Source of the DNA: Bacteroidia bacterium | Lineage (GTDB): Bacteria; Bacteroidota; Bacteroidia; Chitinophagales; Saprospiraceae | DNA length: 64,000 bases | Direction of reading: 5' to 3' | Assembly (NCBI GenBank): GCA_030430845.1 | Contig: JAUIKE010000001.1 | Location: 3,545 to 67,544, forward strand | Part shown: piece after piece, positions 27,687 to 37,535 of the stretch | Layout of the letters: each line of letters begins with the position of its first letter | Position numbering within the stretch: position 1 is the stretch's first letter | Program-made: the position numbers and the translations under genes | The notes under the pieces: generated by a model | The model's database searches: none | Seen by the model: the letters and a program-made list of their open reading frames with translations, nothing else | What the model was told of the DNA's origin: nothing

Positions 27687-28946
27687 ATGAAACGTAACGT
27701 ATACATCATAGGACTCATCATCCTAACCTTCTTCGTCATCTCCTTTTTGACCAATATCATCGGGCCGCTGGTACCGGATATCATCGACAGCTATGATTTG
27801 AGTTTGACGGTGGTAGCCCTGCTGCCTTTTGCTTTTTTCATTGCTTACGGAGTGATGTCTATTCCTTCGGGTATGCTGGTAGAGCGGTTTGGAGAAAAAA
27901 CCATTATGGTCATCGCCTTTTTTGTTTCTTTTTTGGGCGCCTTGCTGTTTGCCTGGTCTCCGAAATTTGAGATGTACCTGGTGTCCTTGTTTTTGATAGG
28001 TTCCGGGATGGCAATGTTACAGGTGGCAATTAATCCCTTGCTAAGGGTAGCCGGCGGAGAAGAGCATTTTGCCTTCAATTCCGTGATCGGGCAATTGTTT
28101 TTTGGACTGGCCTCCTTTTTAAGCCCATTGGTTTATTCCTATCTGGTGTTGAATATTGGCCGGGAAGGCGCAGAAGACAACTTTCTTTTGAATACGCTTT
28201 CCGGACTGGTGCCCGCCAATTTGCCCTGGATCTCGCTTTACTGGGTGTTTGCCATCGTATCGCTGATCATGGTGTTCATCATAGGCATGACCCGTTTTCC
28301 GAAGGTGGAATTAAAAGAAGATGAGAAAGTCGGCGCCTTGCAGACGCATCTCGACCTGCTGAAGCGGCCTATGGTGATCCTGTACTTTCTCGGCATTTTT
28401 GCCTACGTGGGTACGGAACAAGGCGTGGCCAACTGGATCTCAGAGTTTTTACAAACCTATCACGGCGTTAATCCTCAAACGGACGGCGCCAGTACCGTTT
28501 CACTATTTTGGGGCTTAATGACTGCCGGGACCGTGCTCGGGCTGATCCTGCTGAAGTTTGTGGATAGCCGAAAGGTCCTCATCGGGTTTACTTTGGCTGC
28601 CATGGTCTGTTTAGGAGTTGCGCTATTTTCCTCTAAATCTATTGCCATGATCGCCTTTCCTTTGGTCGGCTTTTTTGCCTCGGTGATGTGGTCGATCATA
28701 ATTTCCCTGGCCCTCAACTCGGTGGCGACGCATCACGGGTCTTTTTCGGGCATACTCGTTACGGGCATAGCCGGCGGGGCCATCCTACCCCTGATAGTCG
28801 GTTGGCTGGGTGATTTGCTGGGTCTACGCATGGGCATGTTGTTCCTGTTTCTTTCGCTGGGGTACATATTGAGCATCGGATTTTGGTCAAAACCGCTGAT
28901 CAATAACGAGATCATCGGACAAAAGAAAAATGAAGCCGGGGCATGA
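27687..28946 (+). CDS. MFS sugar transporter (FucP/GluP-like)
   Basis: 12 predicted TM helices, with length and N-terminal motifs typical of glucose/galactose/fucose:H+ symporters. There is a 4-nt overlap with the ROK kinase gene. Confidence 0.88.
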   Translation: MKRNVYIIGLIILTFFVISFLTNIIGPLVPDIIDSYDLSLTVVALLPFAFFIAYGVMSIPSGMLVERFGEKTIMVIAFFVSFLGALLFAWSPKFEMYLVSLFLIGSGMAMLQVAINPLLRVAGGEEHFAFNSVIGQLFFGLASFLSPLVYSYLVLNIGREGAEDNFLLNTLSGLVPANLPWISLYWVFAIVSLIMVFIIGMTRFPKVELKEDEKVGALQTHLDLLKRPMVILYFLGIFAYVGTEQGVANWISEFLQTYHGVNPQTDGASTVSLFWGLMTAGTVLGLILLKFVDSRKVLIGFTLAAMVCLGVALFSSKSIAMIAFPLVGFFASVMWSIIISLALNSVATHHGSFSGILVTGIAGGAILPLIVGWLGDLLGLRMGMLFLFLSLGYILSIGFWSKPLINNEIIGQKKNEAGA

Positions 28947-29794
28947 GCGAACAAAAAATTATCGGTGTAGACCTGGGTGGCACGAAGGTTTTGGCCGCCC
29001 GGATCTGCGACCAGCATATTGAAGAGAAAGAAAAAATGTTGATCAGCTCTCAGGGAAGCCAGGAGCAGGTGATCGACGAAATAGTAAGTACGATTACACG
29101 CATATTAGATTCTAAGGTAGCTGGAATAGGCATAGGTGTACCAAGTGTGGTCGATGTCAGTAATGGCATCGTGTATGATGTTCAAAACATTCCTTCCTGG
29201 AAAGAAGTCCCTCTCAAAACCATCTTGGAAAACCGCCTCCGGCTACCTGTTTTTGTTAACAATGATGCGAACTGCTTTGCGCTGGGAGAAAAGCACTTTG
29301 GTAAGGGCCGGTCCTATACCAATATGATCGGCCTGATTGTTGGCACGGGCATGGCTGCCGGCATCATCATCGACAACAAGCTCTACAACGGCCGCAACTG
29401 CGGAGCCGGCGAATTCGGCATGATCCCCTACCTCGACCAGTTCATAGAGTATTATGCCGCCGGCCAGTTTTTCCAAAATGTTCATCATACGGATGGACTA
29501 GAGGCTTATCAAAGAGCACAGGAAGGAGATTCCAAAGCCCTTAAAATGTATGAAGAGCTGGGCTTCCACCTCGCCAACGGCATCATCAATATCCTGTATG
29601 CCCTCGACCCCGAGGTAATCATCATGGGCGGCTCGGTCAGTCAGGCCTATCCCCTATTCAAAGAAGCGCTTTGGAAGCAACTCCAAACCTTCCCCTTCCG
29701 ATCTGTTTTAGCTAATCTGAAAATTGAAGTATCTGACCATCCGGAGGTGGCGGTTTTGGGGGCCGGGGCTTTGGTGTTGGATGCGGGAAAATGA
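28943..29794 (+). CDS. ROK-family sugar kinase
   Basis: N-terminal ATP motif IGVDLGGTK, DANCFALGE, and the ROK signature region GTGMAAGIIIDNKLYNGRNCGAGEFG. Confidence 0.9.
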   Translation: MSEQKIIGVDLGGTKVLAARICDQHIEEKEKMLISSQGSQEQVIDEIVSTITRILDSKVAGIGIGVPSVVDVSNGIVYDVQNIPSWKEVPLKTILENRLRLPVFVNNDANCFALGEKHFGKGRSYTNMIGLIVGTGMAAGIIIDNKLYNGRNCGAGEFGMIPYLDQFIEYYAAGQFFQNVHHTDGLEAYQRAQEGDSKALKMYEELGFHLANGIINILYALDPEVIIMGGSVSQAYPLFKEALWKQLQTFPFRSVLANLKIEVSDHPEVAVLGAGALVLDAGK

Positions 29795-29819
29795 TGTTTT
29801 TACCTGGAATTTTTGAGCA

Positions 29820-31298
29820 TCACTCAACCGGCACCAAACTTTTTCCGGTTTTAAAATCATACAAGCAATTCCTTCTGATTTCATGATATTTCAGATTGGC
29901 CTGAAGGATAGAACGATAGTACTCCAGAAGTGCCTGATCCCGTTCGGTAGTCACGACATTCAATTCGGTATAGCTAAGACTGCCAGAGAGGTATTGACGT
30001 CGGGTAAGCTCAAATACTTCTTGTGCCACTTGCATGGCCTGTTGGTTCAAAGTGATATTCTTATTGAGTAGTTCATATATAGCCACATCTTGAGTGACGG
30101 TTCTAACTAAATCCTTTTTTTCTACCTCAATACTCGTCATTTCTCGAAATAGTTGCTCCTGAGCAATTTCCTGATTAAGTTGCCGACTTTTTCCACTATT
30201 GATCGGAACACTTAGCCCCAAAGTGATGGTTTGACGATCTTCCATATTCCGCAAAATCGATTCTAGTTGGTCTGTACTATTGTTGAGACCGACCGTAGCG
30301 CTAATATCGAATAAAATCCCTCGTTCTTTCTCTGCCCTTTCGATTTCCATCTCCGCTGTTCGCAAACGGCGATTGATATCAGCCAACAGATACGCATTGG
30401 TCAGGGCTAGTGCTCTCGCCTTATCCGGATCGATGGTTGCATACTGCTCCGGTGGTGGTGGGTACAGGCCTTTAATTTCACTATGATCCAGCCCCAAATA
30501 ATCACATAACTCCGTCCGTTGTCCTTCCCAATCAACCTCCGCCTGTTCGAGGCGTTGGCGATTATTAGCCAACTCCAGCTCCAGGCGTAGTGTTTCCACC
30601 TTGGTAGCTTTACCAATATTAAACAGTCGTTGCTTAATGCTAAAGAGGGAATCCGTCTCCGCCAGTCTCTGGGTCGCCAATTCTAGCTCTAGTTGTGCTT
30701 CAAAAACCTTGGTGTAGCGGGTAATAGCATTTTGTAAAACCTCTTCTCGAATTACATATTGTTGAGTGGTGAGTTCCTGATTGAGGAGGATCCCCTGTTC
30801 TTTTTGCCATTTTATCTCATTAAATTGAAATAGAGGTTGCGTAATCCCCAAAGCTATCGGAGTAGCAAAATAGTTCCGCGAATAGTCTAATTGGTCCGTT
30901 TGGAGGATATCCAGTCGATTCAGCGATGATTCCGCATAAATTGCTCCACCCGTGCTTTCTAATTGATAGTTCACTCGCAAACTCATGCTATTGGACATGC
31001 TCGAACGGTTCACAAAAGCATCCCGTCCATCCGGCAAAGTAATCGATTGGATAGAACGAGAAAGATTGGGCAGTGTAGCATCCAAAAATATCTGAGGTTT
31101 GAATTGTTCCTGTAACAACTCCAGAGACAACTGACTTTCCTGTAATGAGGAATTGGAAATCTTCAACTCCGGCGCATTGATCAGGGCCAGCTGTAAAATC
31201 TCCTCTAAATGGAAAAAACCTTCCTTTTGCTGCCCCCACATGAAATGACTTTGGATGATCATAACCATTAGAAAAAAAAACGAATGCTGCTGCTTCAT
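29820..31298 (-). CDS. TolC-family outer-membrane efflux protein
   Basis: Signal peptide from Met17 (MKQQHSFFFLMVMIIQSHFMWGQ). Two tandem coiled-coil/beta repeats are typical of the OEP family. It is the last gene of the RND operon. Confidence 0.85.
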   Translation of the reverse strand: MKQQHSFFFLMVMIIQSHFMWGQQKEGFFHLEEILQLALINAPELKISNSSLQESQLSLELLQEQFKPQIFLDATLPNLSRSIQSITLPDGRDAFVNRSSMSNSMSLRVNYQLESTGGAIYAESSLNRLDILQTDQLDYSRNYFATPIALGITQPLFQFNEIKWQKEQGILLNQELTTQQYVIREEVLQNAITRYTKVFEAQLELELATQRLAETDSLFSIKQRLFNIGKATKVETLRLELELANNRQRLEQAEVDWEGQRTELCDYLGLDHSEIKGLYPPPPEQYATIDPDKARALALTNAYLLADINRRLRTAEMEIERAEKERGILFDISATVGLNNSTDQLESILRNMEDRQTITLGLSVPINSGKSRQLNQEIAQEQLFREMTSIEVEKKDLVRTVTQDVAIYELLNKNITLNQQAMQVAQEVFELTRRQYLSGSLSYTELNVVTTERDQALLEYYRSILQANLKYHEIRRNCLYDFKTGKSLVPVE

Positions 31299-31323
31299 CT
31301 TTAATATTTTTTTCTCAAACTGT

Positions 31324-34300
31324 TTATTTTCTATAAATGAGTGCATAAAGGAGTGGGATCAACCACAGACTAACTATTGTGCCAACCGTCATTCCCCCGA
31401 TAAGCGCCAGGGCTAAAGGTTTTTGCAGACTAGCCCCGAGATCCTGTCCCCACAAAAAAGGAATCACCGCAAGGATGCTTGTCAAGGATGTCATGATAAT
31501 GGGGTTTACTCGCTTTTTTCCGCCTTCATGAACGGCCTCCCGAGTGGAGTATGCCCCACTACGCCGAAGGCGATTAATCGTATCGATCTTGATGATGGAA
31601 TCATTAATAATGATGCCAGCCGTAACCACCATGCCGATAAAGGCCATGGCATTGAGACTTGAGCCTCCCAGGTATAGAGCGATCAGAGAGCCACTTAGGC
31701 TGATCGGAATTTCCAAAAGGATGATCAATGGTTGGAGGAGCGATTCAAATTGGGCGGCCATTATAAAAAACAATAAAAGTAAAGAGACCAAGAGGACCTT
31801 AAGTAACTCATCGAACAAGCGTTGGTTGTCGAGGTAGGGACCACTTAGTTCAAAATTTATTTCTGGCCTTTGTCTTTCATACTGATCCAAAAAAGCGATT
31901 AGCTGCTCCGGTCCTAAACCCCTGATTTGAATGGGAAGGTACTGACCGTTACGGGAAGCATAAATACGCCGCAGGCTTTGTTGTTTTTCCTGCCTGATCA
32001 AATATTGTACCGGAATCCTTTGACCCTCTGAGGTAACGATCTGTAATTCCCGCAACATTTGATCCAAATCTCGGCCACTGTTACTCACCACCACCGGTAG
32101 GGTATTATTTCCCTGATATAAACGCAGTAGGTTCCTGCTGTTCAATGCGCTTTGAAGTTCTTCGAATAACTGATCACTGCTTATATCGTAAAGGAGTAAC
32201 TTCTCCCGATTGGGAACCAAAACCACCTGCTCTTCGAGTACAGGCGGTTTTAAAATTACTTGTGGATAGGCGCTTTTAAGGGACTTGGAAAAGGCTTGAT
32301 ATGCTTCAAGTTGTCTGGATTCCGAGCTCCCGGCCGGTAGCCGAAGGCCTATGTTCAGGCTGGTTTCGCCAGTGGGAAATAATTGCTCAAAGATGGTTTT
32401 TTCTGCCAAAAAACGCCGGGAACTAGTTGGGAAATTTACTTCAAGCAAACTATCTAAGTAAAACTGTAAACGCTTACCATCCTCTTCATTTTCATGTGCA
32501 ATATAGATGTGAACCACACTTGACTGCTGTTCAGGGTCGTAATTGAGTAAATACTGTTGTTGGCCGATGTGGGCGTAGTAAAGAGGCCTGGGGTCCGGCA
32601 ATTTTGTAAACAGCTCCAGAAGACGCTCCTCGGCTACCTCCGGCCGGATGGGCTCATTCCAATCCAGGTACATTTCAAAAGCGGTTTGCGGGATCTCAGG
32701 TAACTGCTGAAAAGCAAGGTTTCGGCCGAAAAACCAACCTCCAAATACGAATAAAACTGCAAAGGAAACAATTAAAACCGGATATCGAAACGACCAACGG
32801 AACCCCCAATGATAGACCTTCTGCCAAAAAGAAGTCCGGCCTATGGACTGGTTTGGTTCTGCTTGTTTTTTTATCAATACGAAATACAAGACCGGAAGCA
32901 AGGTGATCGAGATCAGGTAGGAAATCGTTAAGCCTATACTCACCGCTATGGCCTGCGACCAGAATAAAGCGCCCGCCAGGCCGCTTAGCAAGATAAGTGG
33001 TAAAAATACAGAGCAGGTGGTGAGCATAGAAGAAAGAAGCGGTCGGATCATCTCATTGGTCCCCTGAATGCAAGCTTGTGCAATCGACTGCTCCTTTTCA
33101 GAAAATTGCCCAATATTATCCAATACAATGATCCCGTTGTCGATCATCAATCCCAAACCAAGAATAATCCCTGACAAGGAAATAATATCAATTGATAAGC
33201 TAAATAGATCAAAAAATAACAGGCTTAGTAATACACTCAAAGGAAGGATGACGGCAATAACAGCAGGTATCCTCCAGTTTCGATAAAATAGAAAGATAAT
33301 CAGCGTGGCCAGGAAACCACCTAATAAAAGGCTTTGTCGCAAATTACTGATAGAGTAATTGAGCAGGAAAAGTTGGTCTCGGTTTTTCTCAAAGCGTATA
33401 TCTGGGTTTTCATTTTGCAGGACATGGATGACTTCATCCACCTCCCTTTCCAGGTCTTTTGTTCGGGCTTCACTATTTTTAATGACGGCCAGGTTAATAC
33501 CCGGCTGTCCGTTAAAAAGATAGGTGCCGCGCGGCGACTGCTCCAGCAAGCTGACCTCCGCTAGCTCTTCCAGGGTAAACACTCGTTCACCGATGCGAAG
33601 TGCGCTTTTTCGGATATCTTCCAACGAAGACAAAGGCTGACCAAGCCGCATAATGTATTCGTATTGGCGCTCCTTCACCCGTATGGTACCCAGACTAAGA
33701 TTGGCCGTTTCCAGGGCCTGCTGAATATCATGCTGATCTAGTCCAAGGCTAACGAATAGGTCGCGCCTGGGGCGGATGACTATTTGCTTCGCCCTGAGAC
33801 CATTTATATCTACCAAAGCCACAGCTTCTAATTGTTCCAGCCGCCGACGGACTATCTGATCTGCAAAGTCACTTAATTCAACCATCGAGGAACTGCCCAG
33901 GCTATCTGATTGTCGATAAGAAAGACTCAGGTAAAAAGCAGGTAGTTCGCCTGCACTGGCCCGGACAACCCGAGGACGGGAAACACCTTCCGGGATTTGG
34001 CTCAGACTTAAATCTACTTTTTCATTCACCTCCAAAAAGGCATAATCAATATCCCGTCCGTAATTAAATCTCAGCCGGATCACGCCTGTCTCATGGCCGG
34101 CTGCACTTTCCATTTGGCTAATTCCACCTACCTGCAAAAGGCGTTGCCGTAGAGGTTGCAACAGACGATTATCAATCTCTAAAGCAGTATAGCCTTCCTG
34201 TTCTACCAAAATACTGATTTCAGGAATGTCAATGTCAGGTAGCAGGGAGACCGGCAATTCACCTAGTCGCCAGATAGCCAACAGACAGCATGCCAGATAG

Positions 34301-34344
34301 ATAACCACCACCGAAACCGGCCGATATATAAGAAAGCGGATCAT
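31324..34344 (-). CDS. RND efflux permease (AcrB/MdtC-like), second of two tandem permeases
   Basis: AcrB-type N-terminus (YRPVSVVVIYLACCLLAIWRLGELPVSLLPDIDIPEISI), 12-TM topology with two large periplasmic loops, and conserved TM4-like GLMIDNGIIVLDN. There is a 4-nt overlap with the upstream permease. Confidence 0.9.
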   Translation of the reverse strand: MIRFLIYRPVSVVVIYLACCLLAIWRLGELPVSLLPDIDIPEISILVEQEGYTALEIDNRLLQPLRQRLLQVGGISQMESAAGHETGVIRLRFNYGRDIDYAFLEVNEKVDLSLSQIPEGVSRPRVVRASAGELPAFYLSLSYRQSDSLGSSSMVELSDFADQIVRRRLEQLEAVALVDINGLRAKQIVIRPRRDLFVSLGLDQHDIQQALETANLSLGTIRVKERQYEYIMRLGQPLSSLEDIRKSALRIGERVFTLEELAEVSLLEQSPRGTYLFNGQPGINLAVIKNSEARTKDLEREVDEVIHVLQNENPDIRFEKNRDQLFLLNYSISNLRQSLLLGGFLATLIIFLFYRNWRIPAVIAVILPLSVLLSLLFFDLFSLSIDIISLSGIILGLGLMIDNGIIVLDNIGQFSEKEQSIAQACIQGTNEMIRPLLSSMLTTCSVFLPLILLSGLAGALFWSQAIAVSIGLTISYLISITLLPVLYFVLIKKQAEPNQSIGRTSFWQKVYHWGFRWSFRYPVLIVSFAVLFVFGGWFFGRNLAFQQLPEIPQTAFEMYLDWNEPIRPEVAEERLLELFTKLPDPRPLYYAHIGQQQYLLNYDPEQQSSVVHIYIAHENEEDGKRLQFYLDSLLEVNFPTSSRRFLAEKTIFEQLFPTGETSLNIGLRLPAGSSESRQLEAYQAFSKSLKSAYPQVILKPPVLEEQVVLVPNREKLLLYDISSDQLFEELQSALNSRNLLRLYQGNNTLPVVVSNSGRDLDQMLRELQIVTSEGQRIPVQYLIRQEKQQSLRRIYASRNGQYLPIQIRGLGPEQLIAFLDQYERQRPEINFELSGPYLDNQRLFDELLKVLLVSLLLLFFIMAAQFESLLQPLIILLEIPISLSGSLIALYLGGSSLNAMAFIGMVVTAGIIINDSIIKIDTINRLRRSGAYSTREAVHEGGKKRVNPIIMTSLTSILAVIPFLWGQDLGASLQKPLALALIGGMTVGTIVSLWLIPLLYALIYRK

Positions 34345-37300
34345 AGTTTTGGGGAATTTAATAATTGGGCAGATTTCAAATCAGCAAATCGGTCTTTTCT
34401 TCGGAGAAACAATATTGGAAAAAAGAGATATACTGCCAGTGTTGAACAAATCATCCCCCCAATGCTACACATGGCCAAAGCATACCAGAAAACCTCATGG
34501 CTCTCAAACAGGATAAAGGGAAGCAGCCCCAGAATGGTAGACAAAGCGGTCAGTACGATTGGGATGATTTTGCTGTTAAAGGCTTTGGTGAAAACCTTTA
34601 TTGCAGTTCGCTTTGGGTATCTGGAGCGGTAATTATTATAGTCATTGATGAGCAATAAACCGGCATTTACCGACAGACCTGCTACCAATAAAAAAGCTGC
34701 AAAGCCCCCCTGATCAAATCGAAAATTAAAAAAATAGACGGTGAGAAAGATCCCGATAAAACCTGGGATGATCAGCAAAAGTGGCACAAAAGCCTGGCGC
34801 AGGGAGTTAAAGAGAATCGCATTGATCATGAAGATAACAACCAAAGCAATGCCCAAAATACCGATCATTTTAGATTGATTTCGTTGGAAGTCCCAGAAGC
34901 GATTCCGCCCGTATCGCCCGACCTCATATCCAAGTGGCAGGTTTTGGTTCAAGGTATCTATTTTTTGTTCCATCACTTCTCGTCCGAGTTCGTAATTGCC
35001 GATAAAATCATAGGCCAAAACCAATTGATATTGCTGATCAACCCGAACGATCTTCTGTTGTCCTTTGGTCTGTTCCAATTGAAGATAAGCCCCGTGTTTG
35101 TATACCTGATTGCTATCCAGCAGGTAGGGAGCATTACGAAGATTCCACAATTGACTGCGCCCCTGTTGGTCAGTCAGCAAATTAATCGGATAAGTGTTCC
35201 CTTCTGATAGCAGAGATGCTGCCGGAAGAGCTTCTTCCCTGTTTTGCTGCAACAGGTCTCCAATATTGGCTGGAGATAGGTTATTTTGCTGCAACTGTGA
35301 AATCTCAGGCAAGCGCACCAGAAAATAGGTCTCCTTAGGTGCATAATAAGTCAGTTCAGCATTGATATAGGCTTCCTGAATCCGAAGATGCTGTAGAAAC
35401 AGATCTTTGGCTTGCTCTGCCAGGTGCCAGAGTTGAGCATAATTGTATCCCAGAAGTTGTATTCGATCATTCAAGGGATTCCCTCTTAAGGCATTGCTAA
35501 AGCCTTGCCCGACCCCATAGACGCTAAACTCTGCACTACCTGTCTCAACGGCTATGGTTTCAAGTTGTTTTTTCAGTTCAAAGGGAAACCTTCCCTCTTC
35601 AAATGCCTCTTTGAAAGTAATTTCAATAGATGCCTCATCCGGCCCGTTCACTCTTGATAAATATTGGTCAATTTGCTTATAAAAAGCTAATTGTTGTTCG
35701 ATGGAAAGGATGACTTCGTTCAGTTGTTCTATCGTACCACCATACGGCATATTTGCCCTTAGGAATAATCGTGTTTTCTCTGGTTTTTCAGTTTGTAGAT
35801 AAAACCGGTCCTGCTCCTTATAAAACAGATGGAAACTCCCCCCCAGGTAATTATCCAGCGGAGACTTTAATGTTCGTTGGTAATATTCCGATCCAATCGT
35901 GCGGTTGTACCAATTAGCTGCTGAATGATTGGCGTCCCATTCTTCGGGTAATAAAAAAATGGGAAGGCCAAAGGCTAATATTAGTATAAGCAACATGATT
36001 TTCCTAAACCTCAGCCCCAATAGAATAAATCCTCTAAAGTATCTGGTGAAATGAACGGCCATTCTTTTTCTACGGATGGAATATGGCCCTTGCTGTTTTT
36101 CTGAATATAAAGCCCGGTACAATGAGGGAACAAAAAAGAGCGCAACCAGCAAAGAAACCAGCAAATTAACCATAAAAATACCACTGAAATCTCCGAGGCT
36201 CTCCCGATAAGTTGCTTCAATGAAAAATACAACGGACAGAGCCCCTACGGTGGTAAGCGTAGCCGCCAAAATAGCCGGAAAAATACGCTGATTCCCCTGA
36301 TTTCGAATGTGATCAGCCATCACGATCAGATTATCCAGGATAATGCCGATAGAAAGCGTCCAACCTGCTATGGAATACAAATGTAATTCCAGTTCCAAAA
36401 AGTAATAGGCGATGATCGCCAGCAAAAGGGTAGCCAGCAAGCTTCCTCCAATGAGCAATAAATATTTGAATTTAGGCCGAACGGCGATCAGGAATAGTAG
36501 CAGCAATATTAAGGAAGCTCCGGTACGGCGAGCAATCTTATTTAGTGAATCGCTAAGAAACTGCGATTCATCAAGTACCAATCTAAATTGAATTGGGTCG
36601 CCCAGGCTGGTTTCAAGCTGACTGACCTTTTTCCGCATAACTCGGGCCAGGCGGATTTGGTTGACCCCAGGAGTCGTATATATCATCAAAGTGGCTGATC
36701 TTTGTCCATTCACGCGGAAATATCTATCCGGATGACTTTCTTTTTTTTCTATATCAGCCAATTCAGATAAATAAATGATCCGGCCGGATCGTTCTGCGAC
36801 AGGTATCCTGGCTAAAAGCCTTTTCGGAAGTTTAATATTAGAGGTATTGCCATATCGAACTGCCCGGATGGCAGCCTTCGTTGGTTCCCGGACGATCGTC
36901 AATCCTAATTCTCGGGCTGTGAACTGTTCTTGGATGGCATTCTGGATTTCAAAAAGCTCTATATCCAATGACTTTCTTAGCGTTTCATGAATGGTGATCC
37001 TGAATTCTTCATTTGGTATCCCGGCCAGGCGAACTTCGCTTATGCCCTCCTCCAGGGCTAGCTCAGGAATAATTTTTTCTTCAATGGTTGCCTTCAGTGA
37101 GGGGGCGTTTTGAGAAGAAGATAAAGTATACAGTAAAAGGAGTTCCTGCTCCGTGAATTCACTCACAAAATTAATTTCAGGGTAACTGATGGGGGCTTCT
37201 AACTGCTGGTACACTTGCCGAAGCATCGTGGCAACTTCCAGCCTCTTTTTTTCCATATCAATACTGCGGTCAAATACCAGCCCAATACTACCATACCCCA

Positions 37301-37535
37301 GATCAGATACTGATCGAATCGACTGCAGGCCTCTTAGAGTTGCCAGGGTGCTTTCCATCCGGGAAACGACTTCTTGTTCCACTACCTCCGGACTTGCTCC
37401 CGGATAGTTGAAACTGATGGACAGCCGCTGACTTCGGGGGGAGGGATGTAATTGAATGGATACATAGGGAAGAAGGACCAATCCAATCAGGACTCCCACT
37501 ACCAGGACGATATTTCGGCTAAAGGGGCTCCGCAT
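34341..37535 (-). CDS. RND efflux permease (AcrB/MdtB-like), first of two tandem permeases
   Basis: AcrB-type organisation (SISFNYPGASPEVVEQEVVSRMES, GIILDNLIVMADH). The start is taken at Met8 (MRSPFSRNIV), which overlaps the MFP stop by 17 nt; the listed start is 37556. Confidence 0.88.
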   Translation of the reverse strand: MRSPFSRNIVLVVGVLIGLVLLPYVSIQLHPSPRSQRLSISFNYPGASPEVVEQEVVSRMESTLATLRGLQSIRSVSDLGYGSIGLVFDRSIDMEKKRLEVATMLRQVYQQLEAPISYPEINFVSEFTEQELLLLYTLSSSQNAPSLKATIEEKIIPELALEEGISEVRLAGIPNEEFRITIHETLRKSLDIELFEIQNAIQEQFTARELGLTIVREPTKAAIRAVRYGNTSNIKLPKRLLARIPVAERSGRIIYLSELADIEKKESHPDRYFRVNGQRSATLMIYTTPGVNQIRLARVMRKKVSQLETSLGDPIQFRLVLDESQFLSDSLNKIARRTGASLILLLLFLIAVRPKFKYLLLIGGSLLATLLLAIIAYYFLELELHLYSIAGWTLSIGIILDNLIVMADHIRNQGNQRIFPAILAATLTTVGALSVVFFIEATYRESLGDFSGIFMVNLLVSLLVALFFVPSLYRALYSEKQQGPYSIRRKRMAVHFTRYFRGFILLGLRFRKIMLLILILAFGLPIFLLPEEWDANHSAANWYNRTIGSEYYQRTLKSPLDNYLGGSFHLFYKEQDRFYLQTEKPEKTRLFLRANMPYGGTIEQLNEVILSIEQQLAFYKQIDQYLSRVNGPDEASIEITFKEAFEEGRFPFELKKQLETIAVETGSAEFSVYGVGQGFSNALRGNPLNDRIQLLGYNYAQLWHLAEQAKDLFLQHLRIQEAYINAELTYYAPKETYFLVRLPEISQLQQNNLSPANIGDLLQQNREEALPAASLLSEGNTYPINLLTDQQGRSQLWNLRNAPYLLDSNQVYKHGAYLQLEQTKGQQKIVRVDQQYQLVLAYDFIGNYELGREVMEQKIDTLNQNLPLGYEVGRYGRNRFWDFQRNQSKMIGILGIALVVIFMINAILFNSLRQAFVPLLLIIPGFIGIFLTVYFFNFRFDQGGFAAFLLVAGLSVNAGLLLINDYNNYRSRYPKRTAIKVFTKAFNSKIIPIVLTALSTILGLLPFILFESHEVFWYALAMCSIGGMICSTLAVYLFFPILFLRRKDRFADLKSAQLLNSPKL

